A DNA stretch of 62,871 bases, counting the filler, from Bipalium vagum (taxonomy: Eukaryota): the NCBI GenBank assembly GCA_037834085.1. It is 3 parts of 3 records of this genome, joined end to end, with 100 filler letters (N's around TTAATTAATTAA, not from the genome) between each part and the next. Parts side by side here need not be neighbours in the genome. Positions count along the whole stretch, not along the records: positions 1 to 19,822 come from JBBMKC010267036.1; positions 19,923 to 40,051 come from JBBMKC010259612.1; 1 more part is not named here. The stretch is one strand, 5' to 3'. The position numbers and the translations under genes are program-made. The notes under the pieces are model-generated. The model was given only the letters and a program-made list of their open reading frames with translations. It was not told the origin of the DNA and did not search any database. Below are positions 13,900 to 27,228 of this stretch, piece after piece (position 1 is the first letter of the stretch; every line of letters starts with the position of its first letter).

Positions 13900-14420
13900 A
13901 CAGTATTATATACGTAAGGATGGTATAAGACTTCCAAATTTCGACTTAGTTTTAATCACTTAGTTCTTAATCACCGAATGATCACATTGTCTATCGGTAT
14001 CGTGTTTCAAAATTACCAATGCATGTAATGTCTATTCTCACAGTCTGACAACCACAGGTCGCTTCAAACAATTTAATTTTAATCGATATTGTAAAACAGT
14101 TATGGTTTCTTGTGGTTTTATCAGCTCATAGTAGATGACTATATATTGATAATTCTAGATTCATTATAATTTTTGAATTATGAAGGTTCTGTTTCGGCAT
14201 TGATCTACATAATTCACGTGCGGTGATGTTAATGTACGAAGCCTTATTAATGTTTCAATTTCTATTCTTGTCATACATCAAAGAGTTGTATAACCTGTTA
14301 TTTATTCCGAAAATTATAACATTATTTACTTATAAATTCCAACAAATCCAATCATTAACGTTACCATATCAAACAATGTATTTAGGTTTTATTATTATTC
14401 GGTAAACATGCGAATAGATT
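13900..14420 (-). mobile_element. Decayed mariner catalytic-domain fragment
   Basis: Minus strand PKQNLHNSKII, VIYYELIKPQETITVLQYR, VILKHDT and LEVLYHP. Confidence 0.55.
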
Positions 14421-14691
14421 CCATTTTCTTAAGAATTGTTAAAAAAAGAAGTTTTAAATCAAGAATATGAATTTTTATTTTACAATATTTTTAACTGTAA
14501 TCTCCATTAAAAAAATTATTACTTTACTTCTTAATATTATTGTTAATTTTTTTAATTTATCAATAAACGGAATAAAATTAGCACAACATTTTTCTGTTCA
14601 TGTTTTAAGATGTTTAGGAAATATATAAATAAATTTTAGATATTTTCATAAGTGAATATTTACAATATATTTTAATTAAAAATATTATTAT

Positions 14692-15810
14692 ATTTGGCTG
14701 TTTCTTAAGTTTTTTCTTTTTTCAGTAACATATAAATATGAAATTTTATATGCATATATTAAAATCAATCCAAGTTGTTTTAATTTTGCATTTAATTATG
14801 CGAAAATTTAAAAACCATCAAACAATTGGTGCAGAGATGATGAATGATCAATTGTCGAGATATTATTTATGAAAATTAATTCCATGTGAATCCCGTAAAA
14901 GAAAAAATTCTACCGAAGCAAATTTTATCATTAATGAGATGTATCATGAAACATTGAACATCTGCACATGTCAACGTTTTTTTGCACATTTGGAAAAAGG
15001 AAATTTAAATTTAGAAGACCGTCTATTATTCAATCGTCCTGCTGATAGTAAATATGTATTTGCTACGGCATTTAACGGTGGAAGACCTACTGCAAAAATG
15101 ATAGAGATAGAGATGATAACAAGTTGGTTTCATTGACAATATTATATCAACTAAAATCAATTGATAAGATTAGCAAAGCGAGAAATTTGGTCCGTTTTCA
15201 GTTGACATTTCTAAAACTCTATGTAGCTAACAGATTGTTATTGAGGATGAGAAATAGGTTGCATACGACAATAAAAAAGTAATGGATTTCTTGTGACAAA
15301 GTCAGCCTTAGTATCAACAGTAAAGTCTAATTTTAAGGGAAAGAAACTGCATTTTTCTGTTTGGATTTGAGTGACTGTTGTTATCCATTATGAACTGCTA
15401 CAACCTGACAAATTGGTCACTGCACAACAGAGAAATTGCCGACTATCAATAAGAAAATGGTTTATCTTTTAACATGATACTACTAAGCAAATGTTGCCAA
15501 AGTGACACGAGAAAAAATAAAGTAGCCTAAGTGGGAAATTCTTCTTTACCAACAGCGCAAACCTGATGGTGTACCTTCTGATTAATATCTTTTTGAATCG
15601 ATGCAAAACTATCTAGCTTAATTTAATTTCTTTGAAAGCTTGAAAAAGGTCCTCGATTTATCTTTCAACTGTAAAACCCCAAACCATGTTTTTAAATTCA
15701 GAATTGTAAGTGAAAGTGATGGAACTATTTTAAGAAAAAAATCTTTTATTTCGCTTTTTTAATGTTGAAGTGTTAATAAAAATTTACAGAACATATGAAA
15801 CGACCTAATC
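14692..15810 (+). mobile_element. Decayed near full-length mariner
   Basis: MYHETLNICTCQRFFAHLEKGNLNLEDRLLFNRP, IVIEDEK, VIHYELLQPD, WEIL and PDGVPSD; degenerate TIR ending gaaacgacctaa near 15808. Confidence 0.7.
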
Positions 15811-17229
15811 AATAATTATTATTAATAATTTCAATTGAAAACACTGAAAATTTATATAAATTTAAGAATATTAAAATATAAAAAGGAAAAATAACAATTA
15901 ATTAATAATTATTATTAAATTTCTAATTTTCAGAAAAAAATTTTAAAATATGAAGTTAAATTTATATTTTTATTTACAGTATAAAATTTATTAATAAAAT
16001 TATAATTAGGATTTTATCAAATAGATAAATATGATTAGAGAGAGATTCAAATATTAAAAAGGCAGAAAAAATTATTTTTAAAAAAACTGTAAGCTGTATA
16101 ATTAATTTAGATTAAAATTTAAATAATTAATTTAATTCAGTTTCAATTTTCCTTGAAGATAATTAGTGACAGGAAAATTCACGAAATTAATTAGAATATC
16201 TTATAAAAAAGAAAAATATTTGTAAAATAGTTCGAAAAATTAGGATTATTCTTTAATAATCAAAATGTGAATAAGGCAGATCAATATTTCTTTCGTGTTT
16301 TCCTTTTAAGCTCTATAATTAAGAATAATAAATATTTTTAATTTTCCTTAGCTTCATCAAATGAGGCCAATCTTAAATAAATATTAACGGTAAAATAAAA
16401 AATTTTTATTTAATTTATGAAAATTATAATTGATGTGCTTTTATCAACATGTACAGTAAATTCTCCTCATTTTTCCGATCAATATTTTTTCTTTTTTTTC
16501 TTTGTGACATAAGTTTCACAGTCTTCAAGAATTTCACAATACTCAAAATTCAAAAATATATTTATGTTTTCAGATCAAAATATATTGAACATATGAATGT
16601 GCAATGTATTTATTTTATATAATTAATATCATTGATCAGTGTTGAAATGTTTTCTTTTAAATATGTATTATTCGTAAAAATTATTTTTTCGTTTTAAAAT
16701 ATTGCATCGTTATTTATAAATTATTTAATTTAATTACGGTAATAAAAAATTTTTATTTTCTGATTTATTATTAGTAAATAAGTAAGAAAAAGCCTTTTTT
16801 TACATTTTTTGATCAATTTTTAATTACTAAACAAGAAAGATTTCAAGAGAAAATGTCATTTAACATTGTTTAAACATTTGAATCAACGATTTCCAAAAAA
16901 ATTATAAGAAATAATTTCCAACATTAATTTAATAAGTAAATGTAAATATGGTCATGGAATATAATTTTTCTCAAGAATTATTAAAATAATTTTAGTCAAA
17001 AATATCTTTTTATATATTACATTAATTATTTTTAAATCAAAATATTTTTTGCTTTTCCATTAATAATATTTATTTGATATAAACCAAAAAAGAAAATTAA
17101 AACAAAAAGGTTGAAAATATTTATTTTAACAAAATCTAATAATAATTTGGTAATTGTTACGCTAAGAATATATAATACATTTCTGTAATTTTTTATATTT
17201 ATATTCGTATTGGAAAGAAAAAATGACAT

Positions 17230-17700
17230 TGTGTAATCTTTGTTTTAAAAATCTTCGGTTCAAAATAATATGTATTAATTTACCCATTACAATCGACAGA
17301 TTCTTGTGAACGACTCCTTGGAAACATCCTCGATTTTCAAAATACTATAGAATTCGAGTATGTAATAAGCTCACACAATATATTGATTTTCGAAGGTTAT
17401 TTCCTTTAAGTAAAAAAAATAATATCGGTAGATCAGAATATGATAGTCGCCACAAAATCTCGGATGCTAACACAAAACATTCTTTTCGACATTTTTACAG
17501 CTTTTGAATAAACTTTATAATAAAAAAAATAGAACTTGTCTTGTTGACCAACAGTAGACAGTATTCTCGTGTATTTTATTGATTTTTTGTCAATATTTTC
17601 GTATTTTTGTCTAAATCTGGTTAGGAAGTCATCATCAAAGTGTTTACAATTTTCTTGCATTACTTTCTTACCAAGGTATTATTATATAATTATTTTTTAA
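17230..17700 (-). mobile_element. Highly decayed DD37D-like transposase 3' fragment
   Basis: GQQDK, LWRLSYSDLPILFFYLKE (resembling WPPSSPDLNPLDFFxWxYLKE) and QESVDCNG. Confidence 0.35.
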
Positions 17701-17737
17701 AAATAAATAAAATGATGCACATTCTTTAATAAATGTA

Positions 17738-18998
17738 TTAGGTCGACATAAGTATTGTCGTTTTTTATAGAAAACCTTAAGTAACAAAAGATGTTGCAGA
17801 ACAGGTATATTAACTAAATACGTAAGCACCATTGTTTTCTCCGATTTCACTCCATTTAGAAACTAATTTCATAAGGTTATATTTATAAAATCCTGTGGTT
17901 TGGAATCGAAGAAGTCTTGGATGGCTATATTTATAGCTTCATGGGAATCGTATTTTTTTCCGATCAAAATATGTCGCATTGGACGGAAAATATGGTAGTC
18001 AGAAGACTATAAATAGGATGAGATAACAGTTCCCAGCCGAAGTTCTTAATTTTTTTGGAGCGTCTTCTTTGCGGTGTGCGGCCGTGCGTTTTCATGATGA
18101 AGAATTACTCTAATACTGTTATTCAAAGCTGGCCACTTCTTTTAAGTTTTTCCTTCAATCTGTCTAACTGGGCATAATACAAATCCGCTTTTATGATTTT
18201 ACCTGGTTGCAAGAGCTCATAATGAATAACACCCCTAGCGGATCACTAAACACTTAAACACCTTTTCCCCATGATTATTTTGTTTTGGGGTGACAGTAGA
18301 TCTTTGTCCGCATGAAAGCCTGTGCCTTTTACGACTGGAGTTGTAGTACATAACCAATTTCTCGTCACCAGTTGTGATACGATTCAGAAAATCTTCATCT
18401 TTTTGTTTAGAAATGAACGTGTCGCAAATTGAATAACACTTCTTTTTTTGGTCATGGGTAAGTTCGTGAGGCGCCTATATTCCTGCATTGCTTTCTTTAC
18501 CAATCTTCTTTAAACTTCGACGAATTGTTTCCCGGTTGAATCCTAATTTCGAACTCATTTCAACGAGTGTTTGGCATGGATTATCTTCGATAGATGCCTT
18601 AATAACGCCTATGTCCACAGTAGTTGGCTTCCTTGATCTTAAAACGTCTTCTAAAACAAAATTACTATTCCTAAATCGGGAAAACCATTTCTGACATTTT
18701 CTGATAGAAATAGTATTGGAATAAATTTTGTTGATTGACCTAGTAGCCTCTGCTGCTTTTTTACCATGTCGAAATTCATATAGCATACAATGGCGTATAT
18801 GATTTTCATTTGGTATTTCCTCTGTTATTTCTACAGATTTAATGCATATAATCAAATTATTCAAAAATATATTAAAACATTAAACTTACTTCGTAAATTC
18901 ACCCAAAAAAATATTAATTTGATATTTGCAAACAAATTACTTATTGATTGAATATTAATTATTTAAAAAAAAACGACATTACTCATGTGTCGACCTAA
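17738..18998 (-). mobile_element. Full-length defective mariner (DD34D) with TIRs and TA TSD
   Basis: TIRs ttaggtcgacataagtattgtcgtttttt and aaaaaaacgacattactcatgtgtcgacctaa; TA at 17736-37 and 18999-19000. Transposase NENHIRHCMLYEF, CQKWFSRF, RITTGDEK, HENARPH and FFDSKPQDFY, with stops and frameshifts. Confidence 0.92.
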
Positions 18999-19752
18999 TA
19001 ATATATTTAAGATATTTTTAAAAAAGTATATAAATTTTGGTCTTGAAAGAGATTTTTAAAGTTTATTCTTTTAAGTAGAAGATCAATATTTACTTGTAAA
19101 TAATGAGGTATAGCCTAAAAATTACATAATTTATATTTATAATTTAAATTTTGTACTTACAGGGTTTTCAGTTTAATTTAATCCAATACAAATTTAATTT
19201 AAACTTTACTTTTTTATAATCTGATATTTATTAATATAATTATTATATGTAAAACTATTATTATATTTAGTGAACTATGATGAGAGTACTTACATTGATC
19301 TTTTCAATATGACATTTAAGATATATTTCTGTTTGAATATTGCTTTGAGAACGAATATTAATGGTTGAAAACTTTATACACTTCGAATATTTAAAATACA
19401 AAATGATTTTGTTATAATTTAACCAATAATAATTATAATTTCTTTTTTAGATTAACATATTCTAATTGCTTTTTATCGAAGTAAAAAGTATTTTAAAACC
19501 ATTAGATAATTTCGAAGTATTACACGCGATTACGAAAAGTTATTTGTAATTTATTTATTTATGTTTATTTAATCTGATATTAAAATTTACTGAGGTTTCC
19601 CAACAGAAATATTTATTTTTCAATTGGAATTAAAAATAAATTTTATGAGAAAGTATAAGAGTTGTTGGTTTCTCAAAGCCAGTACCCAGACTTTAAAAGT
19701 AAGACCACAAGGATCAAAATAATTTTAAGACCACAATATGATGTGATGATTG

Positions 19753-19822
<70 letters not shown>
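19753..19822. repeat. (AAT)n microsatellite running into an assembly gap
   Basis: About 23 perfect AAT units seen directly. Confidence 0.95.
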
Positions 19823-19922
19823 NNNNNNNNNNNNNNNNNNNNNNNNNNNNNNNNNNNNNNNNNNNNTTAATTAATTAANNNNNNNNNNNNNNNNNNNNNN
19901 NNNNNNNNNNNNNNNNNNNNNN
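19823..19922. other. Artificial 100-bp scaffolding spacer (44 N + TTAATTAATTAA + 44 N)
   Basis: Exactly symmetric layout; the 12-mer is self-complementary and has stops in all six frames. Identical copy at 40052-40151. Confidence 0.92.
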
Positions 19923-20299
19923 AAAAAAGGTGCAATTTCGTTAAAAAGAGCGAAATAGGTGCAAAAAAAATTTTTTAAGTGCAGCACCTAAAAATCCTAG
20001 CTCTACTAATAACATAATGATCGACCACAGAAACGCCGACGACAATGAAGAGAGCTCCCCATTGGACAATTGTGACGCAGATTTATTATGAACTATTGAT
20101 TGAAACAATAACTATCTGTGATACTGTGATTCGGTGTTATATTTATCTAGGATGTAAATTAGTTTTGAAATAAAATTTTGTATATAATTTATTTTAGACT
20201 AATATTAATTTTCTATAAAAAAGTTTAAATAGGGATTTATATCGACATATTATGTTAATATATAAAGTAAAAAATATTGAATCTTGCTTAAGATGTATT

Positions 20300-20400
20300 G
20301 CTTAAAATTCACCATATAGCCCAGACCTCACACCTTTCGATTACCATTTGTTTTGAATGTTAATTGTCAATCATATAAATATTTTAAGTTCGAATTTCTT
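20300..20400 (+). mobile_element. Small mariner C-terminal fragment
   Basis: SPYSPDLTPFDYHLF. Confidence 0.6.
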
Positions 20401-20568
20401 TTAGGATTTGAACCTAACATATACAAGTGTTTTTTTGTCAGACAAATAAAAATCTGTTTTTTTGGAATAAATGTGTAGCTGTGACCTTAATCCTTCATTA
20501 TTAATCTACTCAGGTTCGATCATGTATATCTATAAATCAATTAATTTTTTAAAAAATAGGTGAAAATA

Positions 20569-21877
20569 CAGGGTGGTCATCCGAAAACCGGGAAATTTCA
20601 AAAAATTTATATTTACAACAAATATACATGAATTTCATAAATCTTCAAAATGGTTTCCTTGCACAGCATGACATCGTCATAACCGTGGGATCCAAGCTTT
20701 CGTTGCCATTCGAAGTACGACTGGCAAGATGTTATTCCAAGCATCTAGCAAGGTGAGTTTCAGTTCATCAATTGTATTTATATGAGAACGATTTTTCTGT
20801 GTCTCTGTCAGTAAGAAACTCCCAATACAATAATCCATCACATTCAGATCTGAGTTTTTTGAAGGCCAATGTTCAGGTTCAATAAAATCTGGAGTACCTT
20901 TTCTCAGAAAGTCAACAGTAGCCCTGGCAGTGTGAGTTTTTGCCCCATTTTGTTGCCATGTTCATGCTTCACTTTCCATAACATTCTCTATATCTCTGAA
21001 CATTTGAGAACACATTTCGTCAAAATAGATATCGTGATTTACAGTTTTCCTTTTCCTTCTGTAACAAGAGAGATGTTCTTGTTCTGAAGCAAATCTTTCA
21101 ATAAATCTACGTTCTGTTTTTCCATAGAAGGACACTGCACCATAACAAAATATAGAGGGTTGCAATTTGTCATATTCAACCAGTAGATCTTCATTGAGTA
21201 AATCAGTTTTCACGGTAACATCGTGATAAGTTCTTTCATTTTGCAGATTTAAAGGAGGCTGCAATGAAAACTTTGCTTTGTACGAGAACCACACTTTCAT
21301 ACGCATAATTTTATGCTGTGGAGTGAGGAAATTGCACTTTACTCTTCTATAGAACTTCAGCTTATATTGTTTCATGATATTAAAAACAGATGTTTTTGAT
21401 ATTTTCAGTTCCCGGGATATTTCTCACTGGCTCAAGTGCTTCCTTTCAATATCTTCTACATGAACTGATGATTAAGCTAAAGCATTCACATTTTCACGTT
21501 TCTCATCAGAAATTCAGTTATGGGATCCTATCCTTTTTTCCGGGTAATTTGTAACGGATTTGCTTTAAAACATGCAAAGTCATTATCAAATTGACGTTTG
21601 GTAACCTTTCCAAACAATTCAGGTAAAACCTTTGAACATTTTATTAATCCCCATGTAGGATTTTCCGTCTTAAACAGAATTATTACTTGCCTCTCAAAAT
21701 CTGATAATTGTTTTCCTTCTCGCATCAAATTAGCTATATAAAAAAATCAATAATTATGAAATGATAAATAATGAAATTGAATGTATAATGACAACAATTA
21801 ATTGTTTTGAAATTCATGTATAATTGTTGTAAATATAAATTTTTTTGAAATTTCTCGGTTTTCGGATGACCACCCTG
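20569..21877 (-). mobile_element. Full-length defective maT-like (DD37D) transposon with about 70-bp TIRs and TA TSD
   Basis: TIR cagggtggtcatccgaaaaccgggaaatttcaaaaaatttatatttacaacaaatatacatgaatttca and its inverse at about 21809-21877, TA on both sides. WQQNGAKTHTARATVDFLRKGTPDFIEPEHWPSKNSDLNVMDY gives 37 residues between catalytic positions (D to N in this copy). The first motif reads VWFSYK. Confidence 0.92.
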
Positions 21878-22109
21878 TAGTATTGTGAATTTTGTTTAAA
21901 GTATATCTGTAAAAAATAAAGCTTGTCATAAAGACAAAGAACATAAAAAAATATATAACAAAATTAACAACGAAAAAAAGATCAAAAAATACAATAAAAG
22001 ATCAATAAAAAAAAGTTTTAAACACTCAAGAAATCCAAGAAAAATATTCAATTTTTAAAAAAACAGGTTGAGATTTACAATCAACAAAATGCATATATTA
22101 AATAATAAT

Positions 22110-22430
22110 TTATAAAAATAAATTTACAACAGCAAAATATGCAGGAGAATTAAATTTAACATCTTAAAATCTTTTTAATACAACAAATCCTGGATTGCAT
22201 ATTAATAAAAGTTTAAAAAATTATGATGAAATAATAGATAATTATAATGAAACAGGAGAATTAAATATTCCTTCAATTTCATTCCAGTAAGTAGAAGTGA
22301 TCAAGCAGCAAATGTAACAAAATGTAAAATATCATTCAAAAGATATACAAGATAGACATGTTTCTGACGTAGAAATAATGTATGAAATAAATAAAATTCA
22401 AAATCATACACCTAACGAAGGATCTAAAAA
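22110..22430 (+). pseudogene. Polinton relic: parvovirus-type phospholipase A2 (PLA2) domain
   Basis: AGELNL...NPGLH, FIPVSRSDQAA and YHSKDIQDRHVSDVEIMYEI resemble the ELHL..YxGPG / PINxLDxAAxxHD / KDxxDRHxADxxL pattern. Frameshifted. Confidence 0.5.
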
Positions 22431-22546
22431 TCCAATGAAAAAAAAAATTCAAGTCTTCGATTCATTCAGCAAAGCTGTTAAAACCTTGGCCAACCCAACA
22501 AAGTTTGCAGAAAAAATTAATAAGAAAGAAAATAATAAAAATAAGA

Positions 22547-22745
22547 CTAAAACCAAAATTTAATGTTGGTGATGAAGTTCGAATTTTTATATATAAAAAT
22601 AAATTTGAAAAAGGTTACAAAGTAACATGGACAGAGGAAATATATATTTATAAATGAAATTTTCTATACAAATCCATAGTACATATATAGATATAAAAGG
22701 AGCAAAAATATCAAAAAGAATTTATAAAAATGAATTATAAAGAAT
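22547..22745 (+). pseudogene. Polinton relic: retroviral-like integrase C-terminus
   Basis: LKPKFNVGDEVRIFIYKNKFEKGYKVTWTEEIY, TNP and DIKGAKISKRIYKNEL match the PKFKVGDxVRIS..K..FEKGY..NWTxEIF...TNP...FYxxEL C-terminus of Polinton integrases. Confidence 0.75.
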
Positions 22746-22969
22746 TGTTAAAATTTTTATAATATAAGATTGTGTATTTTGTTTCCTTTAATTTAACAAA
22801 ATATTTAGTTAATAAATATTTTATTAAAATCGGATGAGCTATTCAAAAGTTATTTAAGGTAAAACATTATAACATAGTTTTAAATATTAATAATTAATTT
22901 AAAATTTTCTTTAAAAATGTGATGGTCAGTATTTGAGTACTATTTTTGTTTGAATGTACTATTTAATTA

Positions 22970-23068
22970 ATTAATATTATTAATATTAATAATATAATAA
23001 TAATAATAATAATTATTATTATTATAATTATAATAATAATAATAATAATTATTATTATTATTATTATG
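22970..23068. repeat. Compound (AAT)n/(ATT)n microsatellite with inverted arms
   Basis: Alternating AAT and ATT tracts seen directly. Confidence 0.85.
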
Positions 23069-24253
23069 ATCTTTAATTTTAATTTCACATTAACATAGTT
23101 GTTATCCATTAAATTTATAGGATTAAATTTTGATTTGCTTAATAATGTAATCAGAAATATTTTGATTAGAAAATATTTTATTTTATTTAAATTTTCATTA
23201 TTTTAAAAAACGTAGACACTTTTACTTTTATGGAGATAATAAAAATTTTTAATAATAAACATCAAATCGGATTTTTATTTCTGATGCAATTTTATCTCAG
23301 TCAAATCACATAGTGAAGATTTATCTCTAAATTTTTCAAAGTTCCAGCGAAAATATCAAATAATAATTTCCTCAAATATTTTATTATCAAAATTTCCAAT
23401 TGTTGTCGAATTCTTTGTTTATATTGAAACAATAAAAATATCCATAAATTAAAACCAGTATTTTAATGGAATTTTAATTAATTATTATTTTAATTTTTTT
23501 CATTATCATGAAATAATTATTAAATATGAATAATTTTGCGTATGAGTCCTTTTGCATCAGCGATGATTTACAAAATATATAAATAAAAATTTTTATTTCA
23601 AACTGTCACGCTATTTATTTAAACAAAATGCAACTATAAAAAACAAAGTTTCCTCTGACTTATAAATGATTTATTAAAAGCATACAATATTCAATATCAG
23701 AAGCATAGGGTATACAAAAGAATAGAATAGGGATTATGTAACATACTGCAGGATTATGTTATTGAAATTGTTGTGAACTATGTTGACAGCTGTCTTTTAT
23801 TTAGTTTCTTCATAAATCTACGACAGTTTTCACTCAAAAATATAAATCCCAAAATAAAGTCACTTATTATTATGTTTAAGGAGACCTTAAATCGACTTTC
23901 ATGAGCAATATTTATCAAATATATATATTTTATTAAAATGAGATAAAATTTTGAACTTTGACATAAATATTACTTGACAAAATTCATATTATTAAAACAG
24001 ATCTAATTTTGATAGTAAATGTTGATTATCGCCGATAAAGATTTTTAACTGAGTTGATATAAACAAAAAATTTAATAAATTAAAAAATATTATCATTATT
24101 ATTTATGAAAAAAAATTTATTGATTTTACATTTTATTTGTTACTATTTTTTTAGCAATTCACTGATTCCACTAAGAGTTTCATTTTCCAGTGCAATGAAA
24201 GATTATTTTGATTATTGCATATTAATTTAATAAAATAAATAAATAAATAACTA

Positions 24254-25244
24254 TCAGGTAACGAACTAAGTTTTTTCAGTTTTAAAAATTTGTTAGCCTT
24301 TGGGAATCTCATTTATCTATCGATTTATATTTTCTTTGTTTTAGTTTGCTGCTTAAACACATGAGTTTTAAATTTACTGTATAATTAATGTTATTAACCA
24401 TTATCCTCTGGAATAGGTGCTCCAAAAGTTCGCTGGACAAATCAAAAATTCGAGCAATTAATTATTACGAATAGAAAAATAACACAAGCACAAATGAAAC
24501 TGCCTCAAAAATTAACGAGGTGCTTGGTGAAGGAACAATGCAACTGTGAACAGTGTAAAATTGGTTCAAAAAATTTAATAGTGGCGATTTTTCATTGTAA
24601 GACAAAGAGAGATCTGGAAGGCCAAAAAAGTAGGAGAATTAACAAATTATGGACCTCTTTGAACAAATCAGATTAATTAGTGCTAAACAAATTGCTTCTG
24701 AGTTAAATATAAGTGATACAGCCATAAGAAACCGACTGAAAACGTTAGAATTCACTTGTAAACTCGAAAAATGAGTTCCCCGCTAACTAGCTGAAAAAAA
24801 CAGGTTGGATCGCATTGAAATTTGTTCAAGACTTCTCAAAAGAAACCGAAATGATCCTTTTCTCGACCAGATAGTCACTTGCAATGAAAATGAATCTATC
24901 ATAACAACATAACCAGGCGAAGATCATGGTCGTTGAAACGATATAGTCACGATATCGCTCCATCCGATTTTTATTTGTTACGGGTATTACACAATCACTT
25001 GATGCGTAAAAATTTTTAGAGTTCCGAAGTTATAAAGAATGAAGTACTTTCTTTCTTTCAAAAGATAGAGATTTCTTTAATAAACTTCAATAAACTTCTA
25101 AATTGTTGGGAGGCATTAATAGAAAAAGATGGGAATATCTGAATGATTAATTTTTTAATAATTTTTTATTATTAATAAATTAAATTTTACCTGTCTTAGT
25201 TTAGTTTTTAATTAAAAAACGAAAAAACTTAGTTCGTTACCTGA
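24254..25244 (+). mobile_element. Internally deleted mariner with perfect 24-bp TIRs and TA TSD
   Basis: tcaggtaacgaactaagttttttc ... gaaaaaacttagttcgttacctga with TA on both sides. NWFKKFNSGDFSL*DKERSGRPK, PFLDQIVTCNE, then a jump directly to YSHDIAPSDFYL. Confidence 0.92.
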
Positions 25245-26565
25245 TATATTTAAATGAGTAAAATAGAAAGAACAAATTTAATTGTAAAAGTTGTAAAAAA
25301 AATTAATCATTGTATAATTAAAAATTATATATGTAAGCAATATTCGATCTAATAATTAAATTTATTTCTTTATGATCGATATTTCTGTTTTTGTGAATCC
25401 CCGAGAATATTGATGAATTTTAACAAATAATTATGAATACGGTTTCTATCCTTATCTCATGTGATTTAGTTCAATGTCTGTGGACCACACAAACATGTGT
25501 ATTGATAAAATTAATTAATTCTTAATGAATGCCTATAAATAAAATATTAATAGTGCATTTTAATTTTAATTACGTCATTTTATTTGTCGAGCAGGTCGCA
25601 GCACTTTTTGATTGATTTCTTTTGAAATAATTTTATATTATACACGATTTAGTTGTAAAAATTTGTTGAGCTCTTCTTACACTGTTACTGAAAAACAAAA
25701 TCAATGTCTTCACTAGGATCTCGTTCACAAATTAAACTGGATCATCAACAACAAAAAATATTAAATGTTATTAAATATATATTTAGTTGGGTCCAGACTG
25801 TAAAAATGTCAGATTTTATTAAAGATGAAGTAGCAGTCCCAAGCACTGTGAAATCGATATGAAAATAGTAGACAGTGCTAAACAATTTGTCAGTGGGTAA
25901 TTTCAAGAATAAATTATAAGATTTTCTGAATTGATCAGATGCATTTGAGTTAGCACTGATATATTTTAATATTTTTACATGGTTCAGAGTATAAAGTAAC
26001 AATTTTACAACTACAAAGAAGAGACGAAAACTGCTGTCTAACAAGATTTCAGTAAACCTGGAATCTTCACGTACTGTCAAAGTACTGAGAAAAGCAGAAC
26101 AAATTTCGACTGCTGATGTTGGGAGATTATTTTGAATAATCAATTCGTTTTGCTCAATTCATTTCTATCGTTTCTTTTCCGATAAGGATCCTGTCACGAT
26201 CGAACACTTCAAGGGCACCACCAACACGATTTGGCAATTATTTGAACCAATTTTTTAATAATTATAGAAAAATATTTGGGAAGAATTTTTACTTGTCAAA
26301 ACCAATCTATATCCGATATTTTTTCAATAAATAAATAATTTTTTAAGCTGTTAAGTAATTGTGAGTTTTCAAAAATTTAAAATGAACAATTTCAATTTTG
26401 TGTAAAAAAATTCGGGAAAACATTTTTATCATCAATAGCATTATTGATTTAACTTTGAAGTATGAATCTTTTTCTTAAAATAAGAAAAAGAGAAAAATGC
26501 ATCTGCTGAATTTACAATCCCAAAATCAATAAATAATAGTTTTCAATAATGATATAAGTTTTTAC

Positions 26566-27228
26566 TTGAAAGTTTATTCGTTTCTGGTTCTTATCTGGAT
26601 TGGCTGATGTGGCATCCGCCAATTTCTTGAAATCAAGAACATCTTTGTCATATGAATGGAACAGAGCACATAGAGCGAGACCATCGTTCCAGCTGCTACT
26701 GAAATTTGTGATATCGATTTTTGCATAACCAACAGTTTTGTTCTGACACCAATATAATAAGGCATTTCGCTTGCTACCTTTATTGGTTTTTTTCACTAAT
26801 TGAGACAGACAATCAGCAGACACGGGTGGAGGACTTGGAGATTTAGTGGAAGAATTAGGATATACTATGTGATGATCTGATGGAATTGTTGAGGTAGCAT
26901 TGTTCCTGATTGATACTGACTGAAGTATACTGGATGCTTGGTTGACTACTGTAGTCATTGGTTGAGGTTTTTCGGCAAAAGATTCTGGCAATTGATTGTT
27001 ATTTTGACGCTTTTCAGATACAGTTTCAGAAGAAATCTTCGATTTCGATATTTCTGAACTCTGTCTTATAGCTGGAGATTCTTCTTTCAAGCGACAAGTG
27101 ACTGCTCTACCAATGATATTGTCTTCCTGCTTAGAGTGTGCACCAGACCTGGGAACGGTATTGGTATTTAGAGTAGCCTTTGGAACAATTACTTGGTCTT
27201 TAGTAGAAGATCTGACTCCTCCTTTAAC
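26566..27228 (-). CDS. SPECC1L: Cytospin/SPECC1-like, internal exon (Ser/Pro-rich linker and most of the C-terminal calponin-homology domain)
   Basis: [43 protein letters not shown] is the cytospin CH-domain pattern. Acceptor ctaactttgcag| at 27229, donor CAA|GTAAAA at 26566; phase 0 joins DQ|VKGG from the upstream exon. Confidence 0.88.

Noticed and set aside
19662-19874. Poly-Asn ORF
   Set aside because: Translation of an AAT microsatellite plus gap.
25700-26250. 132-aa minus ORF and broken plus-strand frames
   Set aside because: No recognisable domain. It does not encode the missing cytospin CH exon. Possibly a very old transposase, but not supportable.
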